Shown here in pieces: positions 39,241-52,660 of a DNA stretch of 64,000 bases (position 1 is the stretch's first letter; every line of letters starts with the position of its first letter). The notes below the pieces were generated by a model that saw only the letters and a program-made list of their open reading frames with translations, ran no database searches and had not been told where the DNA came from. Both the position numbers and the translations under genes were made by a program. The DNA comes from Moniliella sp. 'wahieum' (Eukaryota): the NCBI GenBank assembly GCA_003971905.1, contig RSEE01000067.1, forward strand, positions 124,001-188,000, given 5' to 3'.

Positions 39241-40438
39241 TTTTTTGGCTCATGAACATGCATTAAACGTGCGAGTGGACAGCCCGTATCCTCCCATTCG
39301 AAGAGGGTAAGCTCATGAGCATGTTAAAGTGATTTCCCTTCGTATAGGTATAACTTGGCAATAAAAACGTGCTTCTCGATCTCGGGGTTTTTGGAGTCAA
39401 CAGTATGTTATATGGCTCTGCCGCGTCACTTCTAGATTCCTTTTAGTACCACGGGGACCACATTGTTTTAATGGACCTATAATAGGGTGCCTGCTGGACA
39501 GAAAGATGAGAAGGTGAGGGATTGGAGCCCGAGTTGGGTCTGGGTGCAGAGGTATCTATATAGGAGGCCGGCCTAGACACAGGGCCAGTGGTGAGGCACA
39601 CAGGACAGAATCATGCCACAGAGGGAACAGGGGCAGTGTCTCACGCTGGCGCGATACCCGCAGCGTGATGGAAGCCGATGGAACCGAGGTGAACCTGGTC
39701 TACCGCCTGGGAGCCGGAAAGGACCGCAGTCTACATGCATAGATGATGGACAGGTATGCGCTTTGTTCTGTCACTTCCGTGGTTGAGGGGGTGCCGAGTG
39801 CGAAGTCGAGAGAGAAGAAATCCCGAGCTTCCGCAATCGCGGGTTATCGACGATTGTTGTCTCGATCCAAGCTTGGTGCGGGGCCCCACACACGTGACGT
39901 GCACATCACACACCAGAGAGAGGAGACGGCTACTGATTAATGATGGACGCGAGACACCCTTTCATCGGAAAGAATAGGAGGTTTGATTGGGTGGTTGCGT
40001 GTGTTCGCTGTCCCCAATGCTCTCTCAGAGGAGTCACTAGTCACTAGTCATGGGGCGGTGGTGGTGGTGCCCAAAGGAACTTGCAAACCAAAGCGCGGAG
40101 GCCCCGTAACTAGCGTGACTACATAGGAGTGACTATAAACAAAACGTACGCGGCGGCTGCGCCGCTTTTTTAATAGGAGTCACTGACTAGTACTGGCCGG
40201 CTGGCTGCCATGACAGGCTGACAGCTTTCAATTCCACGACATGCTCGCATCACCCTCCACCACCTCCGCCATCGGCATTGCTGCCTTTGCTTTTCTTGCC
40301 TCGTCCCTGTCGCAGCGCAGAGGCTTAGTCCGCACCAAGTCGACCTCCGCGTGCATCGTGTATCGCTCTGCTCTCTGTGGGTGTGCGCTGCGCGCCTATC
40401 GGTCTCCTTGCCGCGCCGGCTGTGGCGCATTCTCCGCC

Positions 40439-42780
40439 ATGGCGCCATTTCACACTGGACACAAGCGCAAGCACGTTCACAACCCCTCCTGCCCACCTCC
40501 TCCGCGCTTCGGTGTCCATTGCCAACCCACGCACTCTCCACAGCAGCAGCAGCAGCAGCCGCAACTGCAACCACAACCACAACCACAACTGCAACAGCCG
40601 CAGCAGCAACCACAGCAGCAGCAGCAGCAGCAACCCACGCAACAACAAACAACAACAACAACAGCAGCAGCAGCAGCCCCATTGCTGCCCACGCCTCACC
40701 CACACCAGACACTCCCGCAAAACACCTTGCCCCCATGGCGTACCCCACTCCAGGGGCAGGATATGGCACGCAACAGATTGTCTATGCCTCTCCCGCGCCA
40801 ATGTACCTTCGTTTTGTCCCTGGGACTGCCTACATGGCTCCTACCCTGGGTCCACACCCGCCCCCTATTACGCCTTCCACCCCCCAGCCCCCGGCTTCCC
40901 CTGCAGCCCCTTCCCACCCACTCTCAATCCCATCGTACCCCTCCCGGTGCCGGTGCCGGTGCCAGTGCCAGTGGCCATGCCTGCGCCCGCAGCCCCACTC
41001 GTACATGCTCAGCAGCCTATGACCACTGATGCTCCAGCCAGCTCCGCCCCGGTCTCGCACCGCAACCGGCTGCAGATCCTCAAGCGCCGCACGTCAAAGG
41101 GCACGCCTTGCCCAGCATCTGGAGTCTCATCAACACCAGCGGCTTCTTCCATGTCTCATCCTCGCCCCATCCCCTCCTCGCCAACCTGAACCGAGTTCGA
41201 CCCCGGCACTGCATCCTGCGCCGACCCTGGCATCTTCCCATGCTTCGGACACCTCCACGCCCCACGCAACCGTAACCCCCCTGCCTCGCGCCTCTGCTCC
41301 ATAGTATGCGAATGCGAGATCTGCAGCTTCCCTCCACTCATGCCACCCAGGGGTGACTCCACCGCCCCTGCAACCTCCACCCAAGCATCCGCAAGAGCCG
41401 GCGCCTCGGCTCTCCAGACCGAACCTGTGCGTTCCTCTCCCACAACTTCGGAGCCGGCTGCGGAGCTCCAAGGCGCCCCAACACCCTCGGCAATCCCAGC
41501 CTCAGAGCCCGAGCCCGCGCCGGGGGCCGGGGACCAGCCAACGCCGCAGCCCAGTTCTATACCCGAACTAGCCGGCTCGGTTGCAAATATGGATTTGACG
41601 CTGCGGCCGCCGCCTTGGCTCGAACCAGCGTCCTGGAATGCTCGAACTCCTTGGATGGGCCCGACGACGCGTGCCAGATGCCGCACCGGCCGTGGACCCC
41701 AGGGTCGTCGCCGAGCCTCCGCCTGAGCTCCAAGGCCGTTCCTTCTCGTGCGCCATTCTGGATGTAGCACCTGACATGGGGCCGTGCGAGATCCCCTCCG
41801 CCTTCGGACGATGCGGACCCCATCGGCCCTTGGGCAACCTTGTCTACCGCCTTCCTGACCCACCTCAGCCATTGGTCATTCCTTGCCCTCCGAGCCGCTT
41901 GATCCGCCACCCCCTCTCTCCTGTTTTGCCCACCCAACCTATATGGCATGTAGGCGTATGGCAAACCCCCGAGTACCAGCGATGGACAACCCGCCACTTG
42001 TACGTCACCCCCGCCCCTGTTTTCAAGAGTTAAGTATATAGCAGAACTGACGCAGTCTACTCTTTTCTTTTAGGTACCCACCCGAGCCCCCTGCGACTTG
42101 GACTTGTACCCCTCGGCGAATGCTAAGGAAGACGACGAGAATGCGTACAATGAAGGTTCAGCTGCTGCCAACATTCCTTTTTATCGCCGCGGCTTTGACC
42201 CTGAAACGGGAGAAAGCACTTCTCTGCTCCCCCCTCCTCCTCTAGAGGAGAGATGGCGACGCTGAGCCCAGCACTCTCCGCGGACATGGCACGGGAAAAA
42301 ACGAAATGTGAGCAGCATGTCTTCCATCTTCGGGTGGCGGGCACCAAGCACATCGGCAACGCCATCATCTGGAGGCAAAATGTGGCTCTCAACCAGCAGC
42401 TTTTACTCTCTCCCTGTGCCGCCGTCTGTAGCGCCTGTACTGCGGTGGCATCGCGGGGGCGCCAACCGTTAGTCCGCTCCGTTTCGTTCCTACCGGGTCT
42501 TCCACGTCGCAGGCCCACCGTCTTCTCTCCGACTGGTGGAAACAGCGGCCTCGGACATTTCAGGCGCACCTGAGTCCATTGAATTCCCCCCGGCCCCCAT
42601 GACAGCTCCCCCGCATACTCTGGAATGCACACGGTCGGATACGGGGGGCGATCGGTTGAGTGAGGCTCTGACACTTCCATCGTGGCCCAAGTCGAGACGC
42701 GCCCCGTCACGGCGAGCGCTGTGCCGGGCCGAACCTTTAAGAGCGGTGTTGGCGTGAACCCATTGCGGATAAACGGGCAC
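40439..42780 (+). CDS. Hypothetical Gln/Pro-rich protein with a possibly Cys/His-containing C-terminal domain
   Basis: ATG 40439, poly-Q/P tract, Pro/Ser-rich region, clear intron 42000-42073 (GTACGT..CTGAC..TAG); heavily frameshifted, family not recognised. Confidence 0.5.
40541..40678 (+). repeat. CAG/CAA/CCACAA microsatellite encoding poly-Gln/Pro
   Basis: Direct inspection of trinucleotide and hexanucleotide runs. Confidence 0.85.
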
Positions 42781-43579
42781 TAGCGCAATCAGGCCGCACC
42801 TTCGCATTAGGTTGACCAAATGCGCCCCCCCCCCTCCCCTCTGTTTCCTTGAATACGGGGTTCCCTTCCACGTACATACGCTTGTTTCTCCCTTTTGTTT
42901 TGGACTGTTCTCTTGGTTGTCCTTTTTTTGACCGACACCTCTCTGCATGCCCAGCCTAGCCTTGATTGGGCCTCGTGACTCTCGCACTCGCACGCCTTCC
43001 ATTCTGTCCCGTTCTGTCCCATTCTGTCCTCGCTTCCTGTGGGCTGATACCCCCACACGTTTTTCTTTCCCCGTGCGCATTGGCGTTCGTCTCGGTCGCC
43101 CCTACAAGCTTGGGGGTCTGTACTCCCTCTTCCATTGTTGATGCAGCGCTGCCATGAGTAGATGTGGGGGCTGTGGGAGGGGGGCAGGAGTGAGCTTCGC
43201 CTCGAATACCATTCTGGTAAACCGTAACTGTGAATGTCGCGCGTTTACTGGCATACTTCCACAGATCCCCCATATTAGAGTTGTCAGAGTTCCATAGCAA
43301 AGTGGAGATCGGACGAAACCAAACGCTTCTTCCTCTACAGCTGAGCTCCGAGTCCTTGCACCATGGCTGGCTGTGGCTCCAATGGCCGCACTGCTCAGCT
43401 AGGCAGCGGAGGGAGAGAGCGTACAAAGTGCCGGTGTGCTGCCGTCATGTGCTGTTGCGCCTATGCTGGCTTCCGCTCCCAAGTCCCCAAGCTGCCTTGC
43501 ACGCAGATGGGGCTGCTCTGGGGGATGCGAAACCCATGTGCATGATCTGGAAAAGAGGATGAATTGGGGATTCAATAGC

Positions 43580-46500
43580 CCACTACTGAACATACAGACC
43601 ATTCCCCTCGACTCGGCGGGAGACCGCTTCCTCCCCAGCCGCGTTAAGCCAGTGTTTCTCCACTTGGCGTACATATGCATCGACCCCACCTCAAGTACTT
43701 GATCCGGCCTTGGTGCCACATACACTCGGCCGCGTCGGTAGAGTGGGTCAGCAGCCTGCTCCGCCGTAGCGGTTCCACCATCAACACGCGCCAGTACGCG
43801 ACGAGCTTCGTCGATCGTATGGCGCGTAGCAGGGTCGGGGTCTTCCTCGTTTGCCCCCTCCAGGCCTAACCGATCGGCCAGAGCCACTTCAGGTTGCATC
43901 AACCGCTTGACAGCTGCCCGGTCATGGGAAACGAGCAGCACAGCACCCGGGAACGCACATAGCGCCTCGCCCAGCGCTCGCCGAATCCGAATCCAGATGC
44001 TGCGCGTCGCTTGTCAGCACGAGGAGGTGGGGACCGTACCACGTCACGGCCGCCAACCCCACACGCACTTTTTGACCTCCACTCAGCGACGCAAGTGGCT
44101 GTGCATCAACCGTGCGCCACGCAGACCAAAGCGAGCCAAGTGGCACGCAACTGGTGCGTCATGTCCTTGCCCGTCCCCGCCGCAGCTGCGGCCGAAGGGT
44201 CGTCCTGTACCTGCTGCGCTAGCCAGGAGAGGGCAGTGGGCGCGTCCCGACCCGTGCTGGCCAGACGCGACAGACTCTCAATCGTGTCTTGGTCGTACAC
44301 GGCAATCCGGGCACGTGCATGTCGCTCCACTCGCCCCGTATCCGCACTCACTGCCCCCATGATCAATTTGACCAACGTTGATTTCCCCTGCCCATTCTGC
44401 CCCACTAGCGCATCCGTTCCCCAGCCCCAATCGTCAGCGACACATCGCTCAGCGCGGCAAGTTTGGCGCCTGGATAGGTAAAGGTGGCATGGTCCACATG
44501 GACCATGGCGCCGGGGAACCGAAGGTCGTTCGGTTCGGGGAAGGCAAAACTAATTTCGTCGTCGGCCGTGTCCTGCTCAATCTCACCACGCGTGGTCAAG
44601 TGGAACCCGGCCAGATCGCGGTTCAGCTTGAAACGGGTGCCCTTGGCGCTCCGTTCCAGCCCCCAGCGGTCGTCCAGCTTGTGCTGCTTCATTTGATTTG
44701 TTTCATGCGCCTGTCATCGTGCGAAGCCTTGGCCCGCTTGTACCCCTCAGCAATCGATTTGGTCATGGCCTCCTTCTTCTTATCGAGCGAGGCCTGTTGT
44801 CGAGCCGAGGCAAGGCGGCGGCGAGCGAGATCACTTTCGTAGGCAGTCAAGTTGCCTTCGAAATAGGTCAACTTTTGGTGCCGTAGAATGATCACTTCCT
44901 CCGCCACACTGTCCACAAACGCACGGTCATGGCTCACCACCACCACTGTCGCCGTTGCTTCGGAGATGAAGCGTTCGAGCCACAGGACCGCAGGCAGATC
45001 CAGGTAATTCGTCGGCTCATCCAGCAACAGAATATCACTTGGTTTGAGCAGCGCGGATGCCAGCGCCGCACGAGCCTTCCAGCCTCCAGACAAGTTAGCG
45101 TACGGTCCAGTGATTTGGGTTTGGCTAAAGCCAAGACCATGAAGCAGTTCGGCTGCACGCGCTTCCGCACTGGCCACATCAAACGTTTCCTCCAAAAGCG
45201 TCACCAAGCTCGTGTACGTCGTCGCTGCGTCTTCCCGCCACGGCCGCTTTTTCAGCTGCTGCTCCAGTGTCCCACTGCCCGGTTGCAACGCGCTGACTTG
45301 GGCCATCGCCGCGTCCAACTCAGCTTCCGCCGCATTCAGCTCACGCCGAGCCTCACTCCCCCGTGCACCGGTACGTTGGAGTGCGTGCCGTTTAGCTTCG
45401 GCCAGCGCATGCCGAGCTTGTTGCACGTCATACTGGGCCTGCGCACGTGCTACTTGGCCTTCGTCCGTGCCATCCAGTGCGGCAGCCAAGGATGCAGCGG
45501 AAGCCTCGAGACGCACCCGTTCCGATCGGCCAGGAGCACGGTAGATAAAGTGGAGAGAGGGGCAGATGTGGCTGTGTCGCCGCTGTCGCTGGTGGAGGGT
45601 TGACCAACAGATCATGCTCTACCTGGGAAACAAGGAGGATTCGCAAAGTACGTGGTACGGCGGGGATTAAACGATCGGCAATGCTTTTGAGCAAGGTGGA
45701 TTTGCCCGTGCCATTGCGGCGTACATGACATAGTGCACGCCTTGCTTTAAACGCAAATGGGCACCCGCCAAGATTTCGTGCCCCGCAATAGCCAAGTTGA
45801 CGTCCTTCAAGTCAAGCTAGCGTTCTCATCCGTGTCAGTAGGCCGATTCCAATCGGTCTCGTTCCCCGCCCAAATTACAACCAAAGGAAACGGAGGACAC
45901 ACGCACCTCGCGCGACGCCGTGTCAGTGGCATCCAGGGCAAAACGAGATACTTGGCTCGTAGCGATAATCTTTGGTCCGCTCCCGAGCCAGGAAGAGCAC
46001 GACCAGCTCGGATAGGTCCAAGTCGACAGCAGCGGAGACTGGCGCCTGTCTCTTGTACAGCAGATGATACCGAGGCTGGAGGGGCGGGGGCCGAGGCGGC
46101 GGATGCCTTGGGCGGCTTGGGCTTGGTCGGAGGCGAAGGGCCGGGGCGAGGCGGCGAGGCAGGGGGCGGTGGAGAGGGGGGCTGTAGCACTGGCTGCAGG
46201 AGAGGCTAGTTGGTCCTTCCATGCGTCCAGGAGGTCGTTGGCAACCCGCTTCCCAGACCCAGCATCCGACAAGATGGGACGAGCCTTGGTGGTAAGCACG
46301 GCAAAGGCTTGGGTGGGGTCCGAAGCTGAGGCCTGGACGTAGGTGGCTAGGACGGTGCGGAGTGAGGCGTCGGTGCGCAAGGCGCGTAGGGTGCTCAGCA
46401 ATGTAGCGTCAATCCCACCCATCAGCGTCTCCACCTTGGCTGCAACCTGGTCGGGTGGCAAAGGCGGGGTTGGAGCGGCGGTCGCAGGCGTCAGGGGTAC

Positions 46501-46862
46501 GCCCGCGGGAGGGACATCGGGGCCCGAAGGTAGCCGCTCCGAGACGATCGTTTTCCACTTGGCCATCAGCTCCTCGCCGCACGCTTTCCTGCGCCGGCAT
46601 CGGCAAGGATAGGACGGGCAGCCTTGGTAAGCTGGTCAAAGGAGCGCCCTCGGCCGAGCCCGAGGTGGCTGCGGCGTGGGCGTAGGCAGCGAGCACCTTG
46701 CGCAGCGCGGGCTCGCGGCCGAGGGCAGTGAGGGTGGAGCGCAGCACAGCGTCGACGGCAGCCAGCAGAGCGTCGACGCGCGTATCCATCGTGTCCATCG
46801 CAGCTCACACGGCCAGGAAGCGCGGACGAGGGCGGGCGCAGCAGGGCGGAGGAGGGCGGCAT
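43580..46862 (-). CDS. Soluble ABC-F family ATPase (two NBDs, no TMDs)
   Basis: NGTGKSTLL, LSGGWKARAALA, LLLDEPTNYLD, VVVSHDRAF, second NBD GQNGQGKSTLVK, LSGGQKVRV, LLVSHDR. Confidence 0.88.
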
Positions 46863-47749
46863 AAGTAGTGGTGCCTGTATGGTACAGCCTGGCCTTGGCA
46901 GCGGTGGCCCGTCCTGCTAGTTGCTAGCTACTATTACTGGCGACCAGTTCCCAGCCAGCGCCGCCTCATCGCATGGCTCCGCCCAGAACATTCAAAACGC
47001 AGCGACGTGGTCGAGTCACTCGCTAGTCCCTGAATATCTGAATGCAGCTGCATGACTCGATCGACGTCATATGCGTCACATCCGCCCCACCAGCGCTCCG
47101 CACCCATCGGCCAGCGAGCATTCAATGGCCGCCTCAACCACCCTCACCACGCCGCACTTGCTGCCCCAACCCAGACGGACTCTCCCGAGGCAGGCACGCT
47201 GCCTCCCGAGCACCAGCGTCCCGTCTCATCGCCATTGTTCACGGCCCCTCTCTGACATGCCATGTGAGCATGTGCGATGTGAGATGTGATATCTGAGATC
47301 GCATCGACAGATATAGGGCAAGGCCAGACGCATCCATCGTCATATCGTTACAGTACTGCCTGTGGAGGACTTTATACAAACCATCACTATGCTGAGCTAC
47401 GAAGGCTAGGGAACATTCTTGCTCTTTCAGGAAACGCAATACGGCCCTGGCTCTGCCTGCTCCAGCCCAAGTGCACTCTGCAAATGACCAGACGGAATGC
47501 CAAGGTATGTGGATGGATTGCATGCTGGTCCGCCTCTGGTGCTGGCTACATGAGGCGACAAGGGAGGAAACGAATGAACGAGAAAGATGCAGTGCACGCG
47601 CCCCTGTGCAACACCGCATCAGCAAGCGGTGCAAAAGGCGAAGAAGCGAATGGCGACTCCTGGTGTAGGTGTTGGGTGGATACAGAGGAGGTGATAATGG
47701 AGTGGATAATGGATAAATGGATAGCAGCAAAAAAATGTCCAGTGTCGTT

Positions 47750-49934
47750 TCCAGCGCTTGGAGACTTGGAGAGAAGATGGCCGAGAGCAGATAGGAGAGC
47801 AGAACGAATGCGAGTGGGCTGGGCACGGGAGACAGCGTTGCATTGGGGTTTCCTACCTGTCCACCGTCTTGGTCAGGAGTAGAGTTTAGAGTAGCAACCG
47901 GATTGCCATGCCAATGCCCGCCGCGGTGGCTGCCAGCTCCAAGCGCGGGCGGCGCGCCTCCGAAGCTGAATTCGGCTTGCCATGCAGGATCATCGACGCG
48001 CCGCTGCCCGGTCCGAGTTGGCAAACCCTTGCGGGGACGACAGACCTGATGGCCAGTACACTCGTGTCCCACTTGCCCCCGTCGCCTTGACCGAGACCGA
48101 GGTAAAGGGCGCAGTGGAGGAGGCGAACAGACTGCCATCTGAGGCGGTTGCCAGGATACTGCCACTACCAACAGAGAGAGAGGTAGAGAGGATAGGGAGG
48201 TGGCATCCTGGGCCAGTACGTACCCGCCGCCGCTACTGGTGTGGCAACACTTGTCGTTTGTGTCGTCGACTGGTAGCAAGCCCGTCGTGCGGGCGCACCG
48301 AGACAGCTCCCTCGGCCGCACCGGTAGACGTGGGAGTCGCGGTGGCCTGGCCCAGTCCTGGACCCGAAGGTTGATCGGAGGTAACGGTGGCAAACTGCGT
48401 CGTCAGCACACTCGACGTGGACGGGCGCAGACCAATGGACGAGCTGGACACGGGCCCCGTATGGGAAAGTGTGCTGGTGGTGGGCGTCATTGCCGTCGAG
48501 GCGGTGACGATGGTGGTATTGGGAACGTCGGTGGCCACTGCTTGGGCCTACCACCTTTGAGTCGGGCCAGCGCCACAGAAGGAGCCGACAGGTGCCGGCG
48601 AAAAACACATTTTCTTCAAAAAGGTCGCACCAATGATAAAGGAAGGAGCGTTGGACGGCGAAAGGAAAGACCACTGGAAGCAAAGAAGGCACCGAGCAAT
48701 CGGTGCCATTGTTGATCGTGCCCCCATTAAAGTCGGTTGCGTTGATAGGATATTCTACCCCACCAAAGGTCAGGTCAAGTTGACTTTCGTGTCACAGGGG
48801 AAGGAATACCGGCCTGGCGCAAATCGTCTTGCGTGCACTTCCGTCAATCTGAGCATAAAACCGCTCGACAAAGTCGGGGGGGCCGCAAGATAGGTGGTAC
48901 CAAAGGTCAAGACACGCGATCAAGTCGATCGTTTCAGCTGTCCCATTCAGTCGTATCTGCTGCAGCGGGACACTCATAGCCCATACTCGTCGTTCGAGCC
49001 GGAACGTCAATCCAGTTGAGCTGCCGTCATATTGGCTCGATCGAGGAACCAAGCGTAAAGATTCCGCCCAAGAGGTCCTCCTGCTGGGCCGTCCATCCGC
49101 CTGGGCGGAAGTAGAGAGGGAGGTATTGGCCCATTTCGTCGTGTCACCAGCCCGGCCGACCTGGATGCTGAACACGGCTCCACGCAGTACGTTTTCCTTG
49201 GCCAGAACCTGGGCAAAGGCGTTACTCGGCTGCTGAGCTGCTGTAGCCAGCCCCAGGCCAAAGATGCCCGATGTGGGGGCAGAAACGGTGCCAGAGAGCA
49301 ATTGATCGATCAGCGCAAGCCCTGATTTACCACGGTATATCCACCAACAGAGATCACGTCCGACGCCATCGTTCCCGTTGCTCCGCCCGAGCCATAGGTA
49401 ATGGAAAATGCTTGGGTGCTGTTTTGGAGCGACGACGACTGGGCCGGAAGAATTTGGTTAGGCCCGCACGGCAGCGGTGTGGGCAGGCTTCTGTGGCGAT
49501 GATGATGTCGGCGCTTGCAGTGTCGCACAAGAGGGAGACGGTCTGTGGAGGCGTGCCGACCTCAATGTCCATGACGTAAAAGCTTGATACGGTCCAGCAG
49601 GGGGATGGTCAGTGTTGCCCGGAACCAGACAGTAGGGAAAGCCAGGGCCTGCCCTCCTGGGGAGGGGGTGGAGGGGGGGGGGGCAAACGTACCTATCCCT
49701 GGAAAGATCGTAGAGCTGCGCTTGGGATCGCGGTGCCAGTCCAGACGCAGGGGGGGGGGGAGGATCCGAAGCGGGCCTGGTGCGATGGCCTCGCGCACCA
49801 GCGACCGCGCAGCTGCGGGTCAGCATTGGTATTGGCGTCGAGAAGGGGGGATTGGTGAGCCGGAGGGGGATGGTGGTGGTTGCTGCGGCGACGGCACCGC
49901 CAGCCAGGATGGCAGCGACGACCGGGGCACGCAT
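47750..49934 (-). CDS. Secreted pepsin-family (A1) aspartic protease-like protein with Ser/Thr-rich tail (yapsin-like architecture)
   Basis: Signal peptide MRAPVVAAILAGGAVAA, IEVGTPPQTVSLLCDTASAD, FSITYGSG, SGIFGLG, PCDTKVNLTLTFGG, IIGATF; intron ~49593-49692; C-terminal end uncertain. Confidence 0.8.
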
Positions 49935-52660
49935 CCTGGCAGGGAGATGGTGGTGGGGAGGAGGAAGGAGAGAGCACGCGCTATGGACTGCGCAAACGAC
50001 AGGTGGGATGGGTGTGTGGCAGACACAGGGGCCGTGCGTTGCGCAACGGGAAACGGTACTAAATGATTAATGATGGCGCAAAGGTTGTGTCAGGTGGGTG
50101 GCCAATGTGTGTGCCTGCAAGTGCTGCCTCCGCGGCGGCCGGGGGATGGTATGGATGAGAACAGATGAGGGACGATCGGGATCGATGACCGTCCGATCAC
50201 CCCACGGACGCTCTCTACTTGTGCCGCGCGCAGGCGCTCAGGCCGTTGGCTGAGCTGCCCTTTTGAGTCGACGGCTCTTCGGGCGCACAGCGCCAAGGAA
50301 GGCAAACGCCTGCCTGCCGGTACGCAAGCCGCAGAGGAGCAACCGGAACAACCTGCCACAACTCACACCACTCACCACAACCCACCACAACCCACCACAT
50401 GCGCAGCACACAAAAAAGCCCCAGGGCCACCCAGCCACTAGTCACGAGTCACTAGTCACCGCCAGTCACCGCGCCCACCAAGGATGCCGCCTGCCGTGCA
50501 GCTGCAGCACACGGCAGGCTGCTGCGTACCGCGCTCAGCTTCGCTCTTCTTACTTGGGTGGGGGGGCTTTGCGTCGTCTTGAAGAGCTCCATTCGCTTCC
50601 CTCGCCGGCTCCTCGATCAGATCGATCATGAATCATCGATCATCGATCATCAATCATCCCCTGCCCGCGCCAGTGCCCCAAACACTGTCGGCGTGCTGGG
50701 TGGGCGTGCTGGCGAGCGAAACAGGCGCCGACACTGGCTTGGTGCGGTGTGCGCCACCCAGTGATCTGCTGTGGCGGCGGCGATCTCGGCTGGATTTTAT
50801 TTGGCAGCTTGAGTACTGCAGTACAGAGTCTCAGTACTGATTAATTACTGATGGCTTTGCTTTGCTCGCCTCGCCTTGTGCATGGCCCGCCGTGTCGGCC
50901 GCCTGGCAGACGCGGGCCTCAGGCTGAGGCCTGAGATCAGGCGACGGCTGCGTAGCCGCCGGGGCCGGTAAGAGTGGGAGGCACAGCAGATGCCGGGTAC
51001 CTAGTAGCTGGCAAGGCACCAATACTCGTGCTGATGCGTGATAGTATGATGCACTACCAATGGATGGCACATGCGCCCTGCGCACCGGCACAGCACTCTA
51101 GAAGGCGGCAGATCTCCACGGTGAGATGCGAGACAGGATGCATGAAGCACATAGGCTAGTAGTTCATCGTAGATGTTGGTCAAGTCGAAGATCAACAACG
51201 GTCACCCGGTCCCCTCCTTCATCTGCACCACCACCCCTACCCAGTACCAATCAAACACTCCGGCGGTTTGGGTGTAGCATGTAGTTGGCTGTCGAAACGC
51301 TGGCGCTGACCACCGTGGTGGCGGTTCGATGTTGGTTGGTGGGTGCATCTTCTGTGGGTGATTATGTGATTGGGAACATCAGCAAGCTGGACATTGCGAC
51401 AGAGAGCCTCTCACCGGCGTGTCTCTTTTGGTTGTCGTTTCTATATACATGGCCGTGACATAATGTGACACTGCTAGTTCATCACATGTCACATGCATGA
51501 TCTGCGTCATTGCTACTACTGGAACGGCCGATCTGGAGAATATGAGGATCAGGAATACTTTGCCGCTGTTGGCATCTCTGTCCTTGAAGGAGGACAGACA
51601 ACAAGACGAGGGTCCGGATTTACCTCGCGGCGGGGGATACACTATGTTGGTAGGCATCAAGCTTGTCCACCTTCTCCAAGCCTGCGTACCAGGTGGACAC
51701 GAGGCGGAATGGGGGGAAATTGGCAAGTAGCTCTCTCATGGACAAGCGGGCAGAACAAAGAGAAAGAGCTCATCATGCATCACTCCCCTCAAGGTCTCCA
51801 GGTACCTGCTACAGCCAGGTCACGCACTGACTGTTCAATATTCAGTACTCAGTCTCAATCCCAATCCCATCTGCACAGCCATGGTTCGGAGGAATGCAAC
51901 AGGCAAGGTGGTTCCACCAACCCCAGCTGTCCCCGGCCATTGCCACTCCAGCTGTCCCCGGCGGCCATCGGCAAGGGCATGCTTGCCTCGTCAGGCAAAA
52001 AGTCCCTCGAGTTCATATTATAAGCCAAAACGGTGAAGGGGGCACGCAAGGTCACGCACCACCGCAGGCCATGTGATCCCAAGAGAGCCCCCGCCATGCC
52101 AAGAGAAAGGTGGTGCAAGTATGTGGGCTGGCTGCAGCCGTTACATGCATGGTGTGCAGGAGGCAAGGCAAGACAGCAGGCCGCGAGCACTAGGCACGGC
52201 GGAATGACCCTGGAGTCACGGTTGACCGCTCCACAGTGACGCAATCGCGCTACTTGTGGTGGTGGTGATAGCAGTGGCGCGTGTGGTGGTGGTGTACGGC
52301 AGTGGACATCTGCGGGTCAGTAGGCCAGGCACTCTCCCTGAGTGCGTGTGCCTCTGCTCCACTCTCCGCCCTCCGTTCCGCTTGGTTCGGCCCCCTTCCG
52401 CCTCGTTCGCTCCATTCGGCATTTGAAACTTGGTGTGGCAGGTTGCTATGTCAAAGTTTTTTCTTTCAGCGGTCCGCAGCCTGTTACCTAATCACGACAA
52501 AACCTGCCATCCATCCGGCCACGTGGAATCGGGCCGCGTGGAGGATGCCCACAGTTAAATTGCTGGCGCGCCACGTGGCTTCCGGCGGCTTCGGGGATAA
52601 ATAGATTTTTGGCTAGCCCCGACATCCTACTCGCACCTGCCTCCGCCACCATCCAGCGCC

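Noticed and set aside
39300..39740. Possible structured ncRNA (SRP or RNase P) or solo LTR after tRNA-Gly
   Set aside because: No diagnostic conserved motifs or paired termini found by eye; an Rfam/Infernal search would be needed.
50000..52600. Short ORFs between the protease and ERO1
   Set aside because: No recognisable motifs, introns or coding bias; looks like divergent promoter or intergenic DNA.
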